The notes under the pieces are model-generated. The model made no database searches. It was not told the DNA's origin and worked only from the letters and a program-made list of their open reading frames with translations. A stretch of DNA of 64,000 nucleotides. Origin: an uncultured Nitrospiraceae bacterium (GTDB lineage Bacteria; Nitrospirota; Nitrospiria; Nitrospirales; Nitrospiraceae). The position numbers and the translations under genes were made by a program. Numbering within the stretch: the first letter of the stretch is position 1; every line of letters starts with the position of its first letter. Shown here piece after piece: positions 32,087-43,819 of the stretch. The DNA lies in assembly GCA_963851455.1 (NCBI GenBank), contig CAWKPI010000004.1, forward strand, positions 391,425-455,424, written 5' to 3'.

Positions 32087-32477
32087 ATGATCAGGAAAAC
32101 CGCTTCGTGTCAGTTTTTGCTTATGGGATCAATCTTCGCCGGACTTGCCGTAGCTGCAGGTGCCTTCGGGGCCCATTTCCTGAAAGGCATACTTGATGCG
32201 CCGATGTTGGCCAGCCTTCGAAACGGCCGCGCGCTATCAGATGTACCATGCTCTCGGCCTGTGTATAGTTTCTTGGGCAATTGAGCGGCATCCGGATGCG
32301 CGCTTCGCAGTGGTCGGCTGGCTGTTCACGGTCGGCATTCTCCTCTTTGCAGGAAGCCTATATGGCGTATCGCTCAGCGGGGTCCGATGGCTGGGAGCCC
32401 TTACTCCTCTTGGAGGGGCAGCCTTCATTGCTGGCTGGGGATTCTTGGCTTGGGGTCTCTGGAAATCGATCAGATGA
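32087..32477 (+). CDS. DUF423 membrane protein (indel)
   Basis: AGAFGAH, FETAARYQMYH, LFAGSLY, TPLGG. Confidence 0.9.
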
Positions 32478-32483
32478 CCGTCG

Positions 32484-33395
32484 TTATTGCAGCGTGCAGG
32501 AAGCCGTCCGTTTTCCGCTAATCGAACCCCATCCCCCTTGTGAATTGACGAAGGTCCCTTCGAGTCTCTGTCCTTCTTTTGAAAACAGGAGGCTGTCTTC
32601 CTGGGTTTTTCCTTCTGTCTCCCAACGGAGATAGACCGCATCTCCAAGCACGATGATTTCGGAAAGCCCGGGGATGCCTGTGCCGTCTTTTCCCGGAGGA
32701 GGAAAGATCAAGGACAGTTTTTGTTCTTCATGGTGGCGTTGATGGTTGTGAATGACCCATTGCCACGTCCCGCAGAGGCGTGTTTGACCGCGAGCGACAC
32801 GGACACGGTCTTTCCAGGTTTTGAGCCGCCACCATTCCGCCATGGCTTGCAAACCAGCCTCCTGCGCCAAACGACCTACTGCCACGGCGGTCGCCGCCGT
32901 ATTGTTATTATCAGTCGGTTTCACAACCTCGCCGAGTGAGGGAAAGGGTCCGTTGGCTAGAAGCCATTCCATTTGTGAAGGGGAGACCGTCATCGCCACC
33001 TGACCGGGACTTTCAACCAATGAGTGAGTCATTCGCTCTGCCAACTGCCACGCTGCTAGCGCAGCGACCAATCGCTGTGCGGACCTCGTGATCTCCTGAA
33101 CAAGCAGCTCCTTGGCCAACTTGGCAGGAATTCCCTTCGCACGGATCGTTGCGGCCGCATCATTCAGAGCGGCGGCCGGACCAATCTGGCCGACGAAGAC
33201 TTCCGTCGCAGCTTGGTCGGATTCTACGTGAGCCAGACGCTCTTGATTTGCCTCGAGGATACGTGGCCAATCTGGCAATGCCATAGAGGTCATCCCCTCA
33301 GCTGCGCGAGCCGAGGGACACAGCAGGCACACGTTCGAGAGAATAACCGAGAAGAACACAGCGCGGATAAGAGATGAGCACAAGAAAGTCAGCAT
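32484..33395 (-). CDS. Exported hypothetical protein
   Basis: Signal peptide; helical N-domain and beta-rich C-domain. Confidence 0.65.
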   Translation of the reverse strand: MLTFLCSSLIRAVFFSVILSNVCLLCPSARAAEGMTSMALPDWPRILEANQERLAHVESDQAATEVFVGQIGPAAALNDAAATIRAKGIPAKLAKELLVQEITRSAQRLVAALAAWQLAERMTHSLVESPGQVAMTVSPSQMEWLLANGPFPSLGEVVKPTDNNNTAATAVAVGRLAQEAGLQAMAEWWRLKTWKDRVRVARGQTRLCGTWQWVIHNHQRHHEEQKLSLIFPPPGKDGTGIPGLSEIIVLGDAVYLRWETEGKTQEDSLLFSKEGQRLEGTFVNSQGGWGSISGKRTASCTLQ

Positions 33396-33424
33396 GAAAC
33401 GGTTGGGCGTGGGACGATCAGCGT

Positions 33425-34219
33425 TCAGGCACCTTGCAAGGTGTTTTTCAAAAATATCGCCGTAGCAGTCCATGCTTCGACTGCCGCATCTTCACGGTAG
33501 CTTTCCGGCTGCGATTCATTGCCAAATGCATGCGGCGCATTGGCATAGAATCGAACATCGACGCGCTTCTGGTACTCAGAGGCCGCCTGTCGCAGACGTT
33601 CGATGTCTTGCGTGGATACCCAGGCATCATTCCCTGCATGATGGTAGAGCACGGGACAAAGCACGTTCTTGAGGGCTTCGGGCTGAATCATACGGCCATA
33701 GTAGGAGACAGCGGCGCGGAGACGCTTACGCTGGCAGGCGAACCTCAATGCCAAGGTGCCCCCCATGCCAAAGCCAACGACGCCATGAATATTTCGTTTA
33801 ATGAATTCCCGTGTGTTCAAGAACTCGCAGCACGAATTGATGTCTTGGAGGGCCAGCGACTCATTGAGTTTGCTCTGCAAACCCTCGGCAACCTCTGCAT
33901 TGCCTGTCACCATACCGCCGATCCGACCATAGAGATTCGGAATGATGACGCCGTACCCCTCACAAGCCAGCCGGGCACCAAGATCCTTGATCTGCGAATT
34001 CAGCCCCCACCATTCGTGCAAGAGCACGATGCCGGGATACGTCCCCTTCTCCTGCGGCCAAAACTCAATGCACTCGACCTGAACAGTTTGGATCGGCCGC
34101 GTCCTGATATACGGATCGACCGAGGCATCAGTACTCGTCGGCAGGGCAACTCCACTTGGAAACCGACAGGTCCCGGTTCCAATCTGCTGTAATGTGAATG
34201 GAGCGGTCGTCGATATCAT
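33425..34219 (-). CDS. Dienelactone hydrolase family protein
   Basis: HEWWGLN, GFGMGG, YYG, HAF. Confidence 0.88.
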   Translation of the reverse strand: MISTTAPFTLQQIGTGTCRFPSGVALPTSTDASVDPYIRTRPIQTVQVECIEFWPQEKGTYPGIVLLHEWWGLNSQIKDLGARLACEGYGVIIPNLYGRIGGMVTGNAEVAEGLQSKLNESLALQDINSCCEFLNTREFIKRNIHGVVGFGMGGTLALRFACQRKRLRAAVSYYGRMIQPEALKNVLCPVLYHHAGNDAWVSTQDIERLRQAASEYQKRVDVRFYANAPHAFGNESQPESYREDAAVEAWTATAIFLKNTLQGA

Positions 34220-34359
34220 AGTGGTATCTAAAATCCTCTCTCAAAAGTGGCGAAAACGGCTCTCTTGAAGGCGTATGCCGCAGCGATCGTACTATAGGGA
34301 CCGATTCGCCGGCTTGTCAATGCAACCTGTTAGCAGTACCCTCCTCACTGTCTAGGAAT

Positions 34360-35358
34360 GTGTTCGCCATAATGTTGCACCGATCGCCAGAGAACCTCGG
34401 AATCGGCCTCGTCGGAGTCGGCCGGCATGGCAGTCGCTATCTCCAGCATCTGTTGCACGACGTTCCCGGAGTTGCTCTTGCGGCCGTCTGCCGAAGAAGC
34501 GGTGGCGGGTTGTTTCCCGGCACGGAGATTCCAGTCTACGACGATTACCGAGCGATGATCGCCGACCCCCGCGTGCAGGCCATCGTGGTGGTGACATCTC
34601 CATTTCTCTGTCACGACATTTGCCTCTCCGCGGTTCGCGCAGGAAAGCCGATTCTGATCGAAAAGCCCTTGGCGACGACAGGCAGTCAGGCACGGGCCAT
34701 GGTCGCCGCGGCTGACCAAGCCAGCGTGTTGTTGATGACGGCGCAAACCTTGCGGTTCGATCCGACCATCGTGCTGTTGAGAGAGCAGCTCAAGACCATC
34801 GGACAATTGCGTTCGGCAACCCTGATCAGTCATATCGAAACAAAAGCCAACGTGATGTCCGGAGCTACGGGATTGGTTCCGCTCGGTGCATTGCTCGAAC
34901 TCGGCATTCATTTACTGGATCTGGTCAGGTTTCTCACGAGGGAAGAGATCCTTGAGGTGCAATGTACGATGGATCCACTCCCGTCACATTGTCCGGAGAC
35001 GTCGGTGAAAGTCCGGCTACGAACGGCCGGAAACATTGTCTGCACACTCGACATTGCGCGGGTAGAGACGACGCGTGTGGGAACGGTTGAATGGGTCGGG
35101 TCTGCGGGGAAGGTCATGGCCGACTGGCCCAGACGCAAGGTGACGAGTACTACTTCTCACGGCCCGTCACGGGAATTGACGGTCGAGCCACGACCGACGG
35201 TGCTCGACACGTTACAAGCCTTTGTGCACGCCATCCGAACGCAGACCCCACCGCCGATTACCGGCCTGGATGGCTGTCGCGCGGTGGAAGCGGCCGACGC
35301 CTGCTACCGATCGGCAACGCTCGGTGGCACTGTTGTCTCGGTGGGCACAATCGACTAG
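34360..35358 (+). CDS. Gfo/Idh/MocA oxidoreductase
   Basis: GVGRHG, IEKPLA, ELGIHLLD. Confidence 0.88.
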   Translation: MFAIMLHRSPENLGIGLVGVGRHGSRYLQHLLHDVPGVALAAVCRRSGGGLFPGTEIPVYDDYRAMIADPRVQAIVVVTSPFLCHDICLSAVRAGKPILIEKPLATTGSQARAMVAAADQASVLLMTAQTLRFDPTIVLLREQLKTIGQLRSATLISHIETKANVMSGATGLVPLGALLELGIHLLDLVRFLTREEILEVQCTMDPLPSHCPETSVKVRLRTAGNIVCTLDIARVETTRVGTVEWVGSAGKVMADWPRRKVTSTTSHGPSRELTVEPRPTVLDTLQAFVHAIRTQTPPPITGLDGCRAVEAADACYRSATLGGTVVSVGTID

Positions 35359-35383
35359 AACGACTCACGCGTTCAACAACCTG

Positions 35384-35620
35384 TCAGGTATCCGCGACGA
35401 TGTGCGTATCCGTCTCCTCAACCCCTTCGATTTGATGGATCTTGGTGATCACCACATCGGAGAGAGACCGTTCATCGTGCACACTGATGAATACAAATAT
35501 ATCCGGCTGTCCGAAGCAGGAATGGGCCTGCTCCACTCCGGCGAGCTTTTTCAACGACTGCAAGACGTCCTTCGTCCGCCCGGCCTTAACTTTGATGAGA
35601 ATATAGGCCTTGGTCGCCAT
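35384..35620 (-). CDS. Stand-alone Lrp/AsnC ligand-binding (RAM) domain protein
   Basis: KAYILIK...GQPD...IEGVEETDTHIV; no HTH. Confidence 0.85.
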   Translation of the reverse strand: MATKAYILIKVKAGRTKDVLQSLKKLAGVEQAHSCFGQPDIFVFISVHDERSLSDVVITKIHQIEGVEETDTHIVADT

Positions 35621-36185
35621 CGCGTCTCTCCTTTCGATCAAAGCGTTTTCCGCCCGGCATGCTTCGTCTATGTTCGGCAAAAATGTGGTGGATGTCCTGT
35701 CCCTGCTGGCTGAATCTCGCGCGAGCCTTCACGTACAATTCGCCTAAAAGTTCAAAGTCGGCTGGACGCATATTGACGCTTAAGAATGCTCCTGCCAATC
35801 GGGCGTGTTCCTGGTCAGAACTGGTTGCATAACGTTCGCAGACCGCCTCCACGACCTCAGAACTCCATCCAGCTTGGCGAAAGTTCGTTCCAAGTTCTCC
35901 TGCCCGGTCCGCATATTTCAATGCCAGCGCCCGGTCAAAAAACTCGCGCACGACCGGATCGGAACTTTTCATGAACAATCCCTGAAACTGAATCACAATT
36001 TGGATAACACGGTTGGCTTCCGGGGTTCCTTCGGGAGGAAGCACATTGGCATCCTGCAACGTAGCGAGTAGCGCCATCGAGGCTCCCACCGGTCCTGCTG
36101 ACGTCCGCCCTTGCGTTTGTGCCATCGCAAGAAGTGAGATTCCATTGAGCCACGCGAGGAATACACACATCACGAACCACGCCAT
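35586..36185 (-). CDS. Exported hypothetical protein
   Basis: Signal peptide; helical; overlaps the next gene by 35 nt. Confidence 0.6.
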   Translation of the reverse strand: MAWFVMCVFLAWLNGISLLAMAQTQGRTSAGPVGASMALLATLQDANVLPPEGTPEANRVIQIVIQFQGLFMKSSDPVVREFFDRALALKYADRAGELGTNFRQAGWSSEVVEAVCERYATSSDQEHARLAGAFLSVNMRPADFELLGELYVKARARFSQQGQDIHHIFAEHRRSMPGGKRFDRKERRDGDQGLYSHQS

Positions 36186-36351
36186 GGCGCGATTATACAG
36201 AAGGCGAAGACAGGGCACCACCTTGCGAGTGGCAATGCGGAACGTGTGACGCAAATGGAAGCATTTGCGGCTTCTCTGGATTCGTTTTTCTTGAATCCGG
36301 CAAACACCCTACCTATAATTCACCGGCTTCATTCATCGCCGCGGACTGCCC

Positions 36352-37884
36352 ATGCTTGCTAAAGTGCAAAGCGTTGCGCTCGTCGGACTCGACGCGCATC
36401 TGATCGATGTGGAAGTCGATATTGCCGGAGGTCTTCCACAGTTTTCCGTTGTGGGATTGCCTGATGCGACAGTGCGGGAGAGCCGCGATCGGGTTCGTTC
36501 CGCGTTGAAAAATACCGGATTTCATTTTCCCGCCAAGAAAATCACCGTCAACCTGGCACCTGCTGACATCAAGAAAGAAGGGGCAGGCCTCGATCTGGCC
36601 ATTGCCATCGGCATTCTCGTTGCTGAAGAGGTTATCCCGTCAGACACGTCTCGATCGCCGAGTGCTCGTGGGCGAGCTATCGCTGGATGGCCAAATCAAA
36701 CCAATCTCGGGCGCTCTCTCAATTGGGCTCGCCTGCCGCCGGGAGTATAGCCTCTTGTTACCGGCAGAGAATAGCCATGAAGCCGCCATGGTCGACGGTG
36801 TCGCAGCCTACTGCCTCCATACGTTGCCGGAGGCCGTGGCATTTCTTCGAGGCGAACGCGTCATCGAACCGGTGCAGACCGATCGCGTCAGCGTCTTTTC
36901 TGCAAGACCGCAGGAAGAAGACGACTATGGCGATGTCAGAGGACAAGATCAGGCCAAGCGGGCGTTGGAGATCGCCGCAGCTGGCGGGCACAATGTCTTG
37001 ATGGTCGGGCCGCCCGGCTCGGGCAAGACCATGTTGGCCAAGCGTCTCCCGACGATTCTTCCGCTGATGGAGCCGGACGAAGCCATCGAGACGACCCGCG
37101 TCCACAGTGTGGCCGCTCAACTACCGGCTGATCAGCCGTTCCTGACCGTCCGACCCTTTCGATCGCCCCATCACAGTATCTCCGACGCCGGACTGATCGG
37201 AGGGGGGACAGTTCCACGGCCAGGCGAAGTCTCACTGGCCCACAACGGCGTCTTGTTCCTCGATGAATCGCCGGAATTTCGCCGTTCCGTGCTCGACGGG
37301 CTCCGTCAGCCGCTGGAGGAAGGGACGGTGACGTTGACCAGAGCCAGCGGCTCGCTCCGGTATCCTGCGCGATTCATGTTGATTGCGGCGATGAATCCCT
37401 GTCCCTGCGGGTATTACGGCGATCGCTCGCGCGAATGCGTCTGTACCCCTCAGCAAATCCGCCGCTATCGCGCAAGGTTATCCGGTCCGTTGCAGGATCG
37501 CATCGACATCCACATCAACGTCCCGCCGGTCTCCGGTGCGCGAACTTCACGATCATGGTCCAACACCGGAAACGTCCAGCAGCATTCGCATGAGAGTTCT
37601 GCAGGCACGGGAGCGGCAGAGCCAGGCGATATTGTCAGGACGGGATCCACACAAATGCTCAGTTGAAGCCACGGCTCCTGAAGCGGTATTGTGGGCTCGA
37701 CGGAGCCGGCCAAGCGCTGTTGGAACAGGCTATGACCAGGCTGGGCCTCTCGGCTCGTGCTCATGGGCGCATTCTGAGAGTCGCGAGAACGATTGCCGAT
37801 CTGGCGGGTTGTGAGAAGATCGAGCCCGTACATGTGGCCGAAGCGATTCAATATCGCAGTCTGGATCGACGTTTAGAATTTTGA
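36352..37884 (+). CDS. comM: ComM/YifB AAA+ ATPase (indels)
   Basis: [55 protein letters not shown]. Confidence 0.92.
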
Positions 37885-37894
37885 GGAACAAACG

Positions 37895-38110
37895 GTGGTG
37901 ACAGCCCTCAAAGTCTTTCTCTGGTGGTTTCTTGTCGGTGCGACGATGGCTCTCGCGGTCATCATGCTGCAAGGCGGCATGCGTGAAGTCATGCAAGCGC
38001 AGGGATCCGTCTGGGAATTGAAATTGATGGAACTTGTGACGACGATTGTGGGAGGCGGCTTGCTCGGGGGCTGCGTCGCCCTGATTCTCGATCGCATCAA
38101 GAAATCATAG
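37895..38110 (+). CDS. Small two-TM membrane protein
   Basis: Two hydrophobic segments; GAGG RBS. Confidence 0.65.
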   Translation: MVTALKVFLWWFLVGATMALAVIMLQGGMREVMQAQGSVWELKLMELVTTIVGGGLLGGCVALILDRIKKS

Positions 38111-38154
38111 CCAGTCCGGACACAGACAATCCGTTCATAGAGAAGGAGGTGACG

Positions 38155-38580
38155 ATGGACCTGGAAGTCGGTTCGAACCTCTATCGGAATACCGATGGGA
38201 CAATTGAAATCGAGGGCGTCCCCCAACTTCAGATTGCGCTAAAACCTTCCACGAACGCGCTACTGATCAACTTCGCCCTCTTCGATGCCAACGGAAAAAT
38301 GACGGCGAAGCTGGTGGACAGCACACTCATGTTCAACGAACGGCGCGCCTATGAAGTCACGAAAGCGCCTGCGCGTATCACGCTCACGCATGTGGAATCG
38401 AAAGACGTCGTGCTGCAAATTGAAGTGAAGAAGCCTGACGTGGTGGCGTTTACCAAAGGCGGGTTTCACACCGTCAAGGGCCATCTGCTCGAAGTGTCCC
38501 CGACGGAATGGAAAGTCGACAAGCAGCGATCCAGCGGAACGACTCAGGACGTTCACGGCGGCGCAGTCAAGATCGGATAA
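38155..38580 (+). CDS. Beta-rich hypothetical protein
   Basis: AGGAGG RBS; clean ORF. Confidence 0.7.
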   Translation: MDLEVGSNLYRNTDGTIEIEGVPQLQIALKPSTNALLINFALFDANGKMTAKLVDSTLMFNERRAYEVTKAPARITLTHVESKDVVLQIEVKKPDVVAFTKGGFHTVKGHLLEVSPTEWKVDKQRSSGTTQDVHGGAVKIG

Positions 38581-38592
38581 ACCGTTCTTTAT

Positions 38593-41200
38593 TTACGCGT
38601 TGGTCACCGTCGGCACGATGACGATCTCTTTGTTCTTCAGGTCGACCGTCACGGTATCTCCATCCCGCAATTCACCTTTCACCAGCTGACGAGCGATGGG
38701 AGTCTCGAGCTCCTGCTGGATCAGTCGCTTTAATGGCCTGGCGCCGTACACGGGATCATAGCCACGCTCCCCCAGATGCCTCAGCGCAGCCTTCGAGACC
38801 GAGAGCGTGATCCGGCGTTCGGCCAAACGGGCCCGCAGCCGTTCCAATTGAATCTCCACGATCTTCGTGAGCTGCTCCGTCTTCCAACGGATGAAATACC
38901 ACCGTCTCGTCCACCCGATTCAAAAATTCCGGACGGAAGTGTCGCCGTAATTCGCCCATCACGACTGAGCGCACCTCTTCATAGGAAGCCCTTTTGCTGA
39001 GCCTCGAGAATCTGCGGACTGCCGATGTTCGACGTCATGATCAAGACGGTGTTCTTGAAATCCACGGTCCGTCCCTGGGAATCGGTCAGATCGTCCATCG
39101 TCCAGTACCTGGAGCAAGCACATTGAAGACGTCGTGATGGGCTTTCTCGATTTCATCGAACAGGATGACCGAGAAGGGATGGCGGCGCACGGCCTCCGTT
39201 AACTGCCCGCCTTCTTCATAGCCCACATAGCCTGGCGGGGCCCCGATCAGCCGGGCGACCGTGTGTTTTTCCATGTACTCGGACATATCGATGCGAATCA
39301 TGTTGGCTTCATCGTCGAAGAGCGTGGCCGCGAGTGCCCGCGCCAGTTCGGTTTTTCCGACACCGGTCGGGCCGAGAAAGAGGAACGAGCCGATGGGCCG
39401 GTTCGGGTCTTTGATGCCGGAACGTGCTCGGAGGACCGCATCGGCGACGGCCTGCACGGCCTCATCCTGTCCGACGACCCGCTGATGGAGCAAGTCTTCC
39501 AACTTGAGAAGTTTCTCCGTTTCGCCTTCAACTAGCCGGGAAACGGGAATGCCGGTCCAACGGCTGACGATCGCCGCAATATCGTCTTCATCGACTTCTT
39601 CTTTGAGGAGACCGGCTCTCGCCCTGCTTCTTCCCGAGCTGTTGCTGTTCCAATCGCCAGTTCCCGCTCGAGCCGAGGCAGCTCTCCATACCGGAGCTCG
39701 GCGACACGATTCAGATCGTACGCTCGTCTCCGCACGTTCGATTGACTGTTTGACCTCTTCGATCGCTTCCCGGGTTTTTCTGAGCCTCGCCACGGAGGCC
39801 TTCTCGGAATCCCATCTGCGTCTTGAGCGCCTGCAGATCGCGCTGCTTTTCGTTCAACTCTTTTTCGAGCGTCGCCAACCGCGCCTGGCTGGCTTGATCC
39901 TTTTCTTTCCGCAAGGCCTCGCGCTCGATTTCCAGCTGCATCACCTTCCGCGACACTTCATCGAGTTCAGCCGGCAAACTATCAATTTCCGTGCGAAGAC
40001 GGGCAGCGGCTTCATCCACAAGATCGATGGCTTTGTCGGGAAGAAAACGATCGGCGATATACCGGTTGGAGAGTTTTGCTGCGGCGACCAATGCGGCATC
40101 TTTGATCCGCACGCCGTGGTGCACTTCATAGCGTTCCTTCAATCCGCGCAGGATCGAAATCGTATTTTCCACCGAGGGCTGATCGACCAGCACGGTTTGG
40201 AAACGCCGTTCCAGCGCCGCATCCTTCTCGATATGTTTGCGGTACTCATCCAACGTCGTCGCGCCGATCAAGTGCAGTTCACCACGAGCCAGCATGGGCT
40301 TGAGCAGATTCGCGGCATCCATCGCCCCTTCGGCCGCTCCCGCTCCCACCACCGTATGCAATTCATCGATGAAGAGCAGGACTTGGCCCTGCGAGGCTTG
40401 GATTTCTTTCAGGACGGCTTTCAATCGTTCTTCAAACTCACCGCGGAATTTTGCCCCGGCGACCAACGCCCCCATGTCGAGCGTCATGACTCGTTTCTGT
40501 CTTCAAGTCCTTCGGGCACATCCCCTTTTATGATACGAATGGCCAGCCCTTCGACAATCGCCGTCTTCCCGACACCAGGTTCGCCAATCAGCACCGGATT
40601 GTTCTTCGTTCGGCGTGAAAGAATCTGAATCACGCGCCGAATTTCCTCATCACGCCCGATGACCGGATCCAGCTTACCCTGACCGGCCAGCTTGGTCAGA
40701 TCACGGCCGTACTTTTCCAGCGACTGATAGGTGCCTTCCGGGATCTTGGCTCGTCACTCGTTGATGACCGCGTACTTGTTGTAAGCGCACCCAGGAGCTT
40801 TTCTTTCGTCAGACCGAGTTTCTTGAAAATGCCGCCTTCCTGAACCATGGCGAGCAACGACATGTTCGACGCTGAGAAAGTCATCCTTCAGCGCACGCTG
40901 TTCCTCTTCGGCTTTCATGAGCACCTGGTTGAGACGGGAGGTGAGGTGGAGTTGACCGGGGCCACCCGCTGCGCCTTGCACTTGAGGAAGCTTCGCAAGG
41001 GCCTGTTCTGCCGCCTGACGAACGGAGGACAGCGAAAATCCTGCCTGCTCGCAGAGCGCGGGCACGATACCGCCTTCCTGTTCGAGAAACGCAAGCAGCA
41101 GATGCTCGACGTCCATGCCTTGATGGCTGCGTCGCATGGCATGGGAAGACGCCGTTTGCAGAGCTTCTTGCAGCTTAATCGTCATCCGGTTCATATCCAT
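38593..41200 (-). CDS. clpB: Chaperone ClpB (multiple indels)
   Basis: [27 protein letters not shown]-domain coiled coil, [16 protein letters not shown]. Confidence 0.96.
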
Positions 41201-41337
41201 GCCGTGATCCCTCCGTTCTCAATACGTATGTGGTCTTCCGATAGAAATCAGGCATAATCACAGGACATGGGAAAGTCAACCTTCCTGCGAGCGAGACAAG
41301 CCTTGACCATCTGAGAGAATCGAGATTATTGTCCTCC

Positions 41338-42168
41338 ATGATACATCAGCTTCTCGCCGCGCTCGACCTGTATCACAAGGCCCTCCGTCAGACCTGGCAA
41401 TCCCTCTGCAGAGGCTGGATCACCATCGTTGCGGTCATAGGATTTCTCTTCCTTCTCCTGCTCGCCCAACAAATCGCGGCTCCCTTCGGGATGGCCGGAG
41501 GTTTTCTGCTCGGAGCAGTGAACGCGTTGTTGGTCGGTGCGACCTTGAGCTTGTTCAGCAATCGATTTTCTATGCTCGGGCGTTGACCGTCAAGGACGTG
41601 TTCGACAGTTTCGGCCAGTACTTTTGGGATGTCATCGGCGTCGGGTTTGTTCTCTGGCTCCCGCTCATGGCGCTCGACATGATACGCAACACAATCCCAA
41701 CGGGCATTCTGATCTCCTATGCGGTCATGTTGCTGATCTTTATCTTCTGAACCCTGCGCCGGAAATCATCTACCAAGTTCAGCACGATTCTCCACTGGAC
41801 GTCTTTAAGCATGCCTACGAGTTTGTGCTGGAAAATTGGATCGAATGGTTCCTTCCCATCGGGCTATTGTTGTTACCTCTCCTGGCAGCACCGAACGGGC
41901 TTACATCCTTTTTTCTCTTGTCTCAGACGAGTGGGGAGGGGAGCAGGCTTGGATTTTTCACAGATCTTGATCCTTCCCTTCACGATCCTCGGGGGTTGGC
42001 TGTCCTCGTTCGGTGTCGTCCCTGAGTTGGCTCAGTATCTGATGCTGCTCCTCACACCACCTCTTGCCGTGTCCATCCTTCTGTTTCGTGGCCATCTCTT
42101 TGCATCATTGTATCGGTTCTTCCCATCGCCAGCGCCAATTCGCATCGCAGTTCAGGCGGAAAGAATAG
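41338..42168 (+). CDS. Multi-pass membrane hypothetical protein (indels)
   Basis: Continuous hydrophobic coding across three frames; LNPAPEIIYQ, ENWIEWF. Confidence 0.65.
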
Positions 42169-42284
42169 ACCGGTCGTTCGCTACGGCAGGGTCAACGGCA
42201 AGCTGGGAGCCAGCTTTCAGACTTCGGCCAGCCGTGAACCGATGTTGATGTGGGTTAACTCTTGAGTGACGGAGAAATTAGTGT

Positions 42285-43819
42285 ATGGATTTACCTACAC
42301 TTAGTGCCCCTTCATTAGATACGGTCCGTAAGGGAGCTTCGCTCGTGCGTCTGTCTATTTTCTGGCGTATCGTCCTGACATCCCTCCTCATCATTGTGGT
42401 GATGGCAGGGGTCAACTTTTACGCCTTATTTCAGCTCCGCCAGCTCTCTGCAATGAGCACGACTCTCGCCTCGCAACATTATCCCGCGATCGAACAGGCC
42501 AAACGTGTCCAGGCTGTCGCCTTCAACCAGCTCAATAGCGAGAAAAAGTACTTGGCAGTCCGCGATCCGACGTTCTTGCAGCACTTCGACGAAGAGGTCG
42601 AAGAATACCACCGCGGCATCGAAAATCTCCTCCGGCAGGAAACGTCGCCTGAAGGACGTCAACTTCTCGAACAGGCCAAGCGATATCAGCAGGAGCGCCT
42701 ATTGCTGTTCCATGCCGAATTGGAACACACCGCGGCCTCGCCTGGTTCACTCTCTCCGGATTACGAAACCCGCCGGAATGAAGTGATGGACCACATGACG
42801 GCGACGCTGGACCACTATGTCGATTTTCACGAAGCGGCCATCAGCGCGGGAGTCAGTCGTTCACGCGAAAGTTCGGCGCAGGCAGAAGCCATTACTGAGC
42901 AGCTGGTGCTGCTGGCGCTTCGTCTTCGGGATCGGACTGGCCGGTATCGCCAGTTACACGATTCTTCGCCCTCTCCGTCAACTCCAAGGGCACATCAAAC
43001 AAATCGGACAGGGAAATTTTCGAGCCTCCTTGAACATCAGGGCTCCCAGCGAACTCCGCGACCTCGTCGACACCGTCAACTGGATGGGAGGTAAACTGCA
43101 GGAGCTGGACGACATGAAGGGCGAATTTCTGGCCCACGTCTCTCACGAATTACGCACGCCCATGGCTTCGATCCAGGAAGGCACCCATCTCTTGCTGGAC
43201 GAGATTCCCGGCCCCCTGTCGCCAGAGCAACGGACGACATTGCGCATCATGGCCGACAGCAGCCGACGCCTGATCACGCTGATCTCTACGATTCTGGATC
43301 TTTCAAAAATGGATGCAGGCATGATGGAGTACCGCATCGTGCCGACCGACCTCAAACGGATTACGGATATGTCCGTCAACAAGATCCGTCTGTTGGCCGA
43401 TGCCAAGCACGTGCAGCTCGTCGTGGAAGCTCCGGCTCAACGTGTGTGGGTCAAGGCAGATGCAATTCGTATTGAGCAGGTGCTCGACAATTTGTTATCA
43501 AATGCCTTGAAGTTCAGCCCGGAAGGGGGCATTGTAAAGACACACATGAAAGCGGACCATAAGGCGGGCGTCCTAGAGGTGGCCGTATCGGACGTCGGGC
43601 CTGGCATTCCTGCCGATGAGCTGCCGCATATCTTCGAGCGCTTTTATCAAGGCAGCACGAAATCGAAACATTCAACACCGGGAAGCGGGCTTGGGCTCGG
43701 CTCTGGCGAAAAAAGTCGTCGAAGCACATGGAGGCAGGATTTGGATCGAGAGCGAAGTCAAGAAGGGCACGACTGTACGCTTTATCCTGCGCCTAACCAA
43801 ACCGGGAACGACAGCATGA
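42285..43819 (+). CDS. HAMP sensor histidine kinase, GlrK/QseE-like (indels)
   Basis: [34 protein letters not shown]. Confidence 0.9.

Noticed and set aside
39504-40628. 374-aa antisense ORF
   Set aside because: Shadow frame of clpB.
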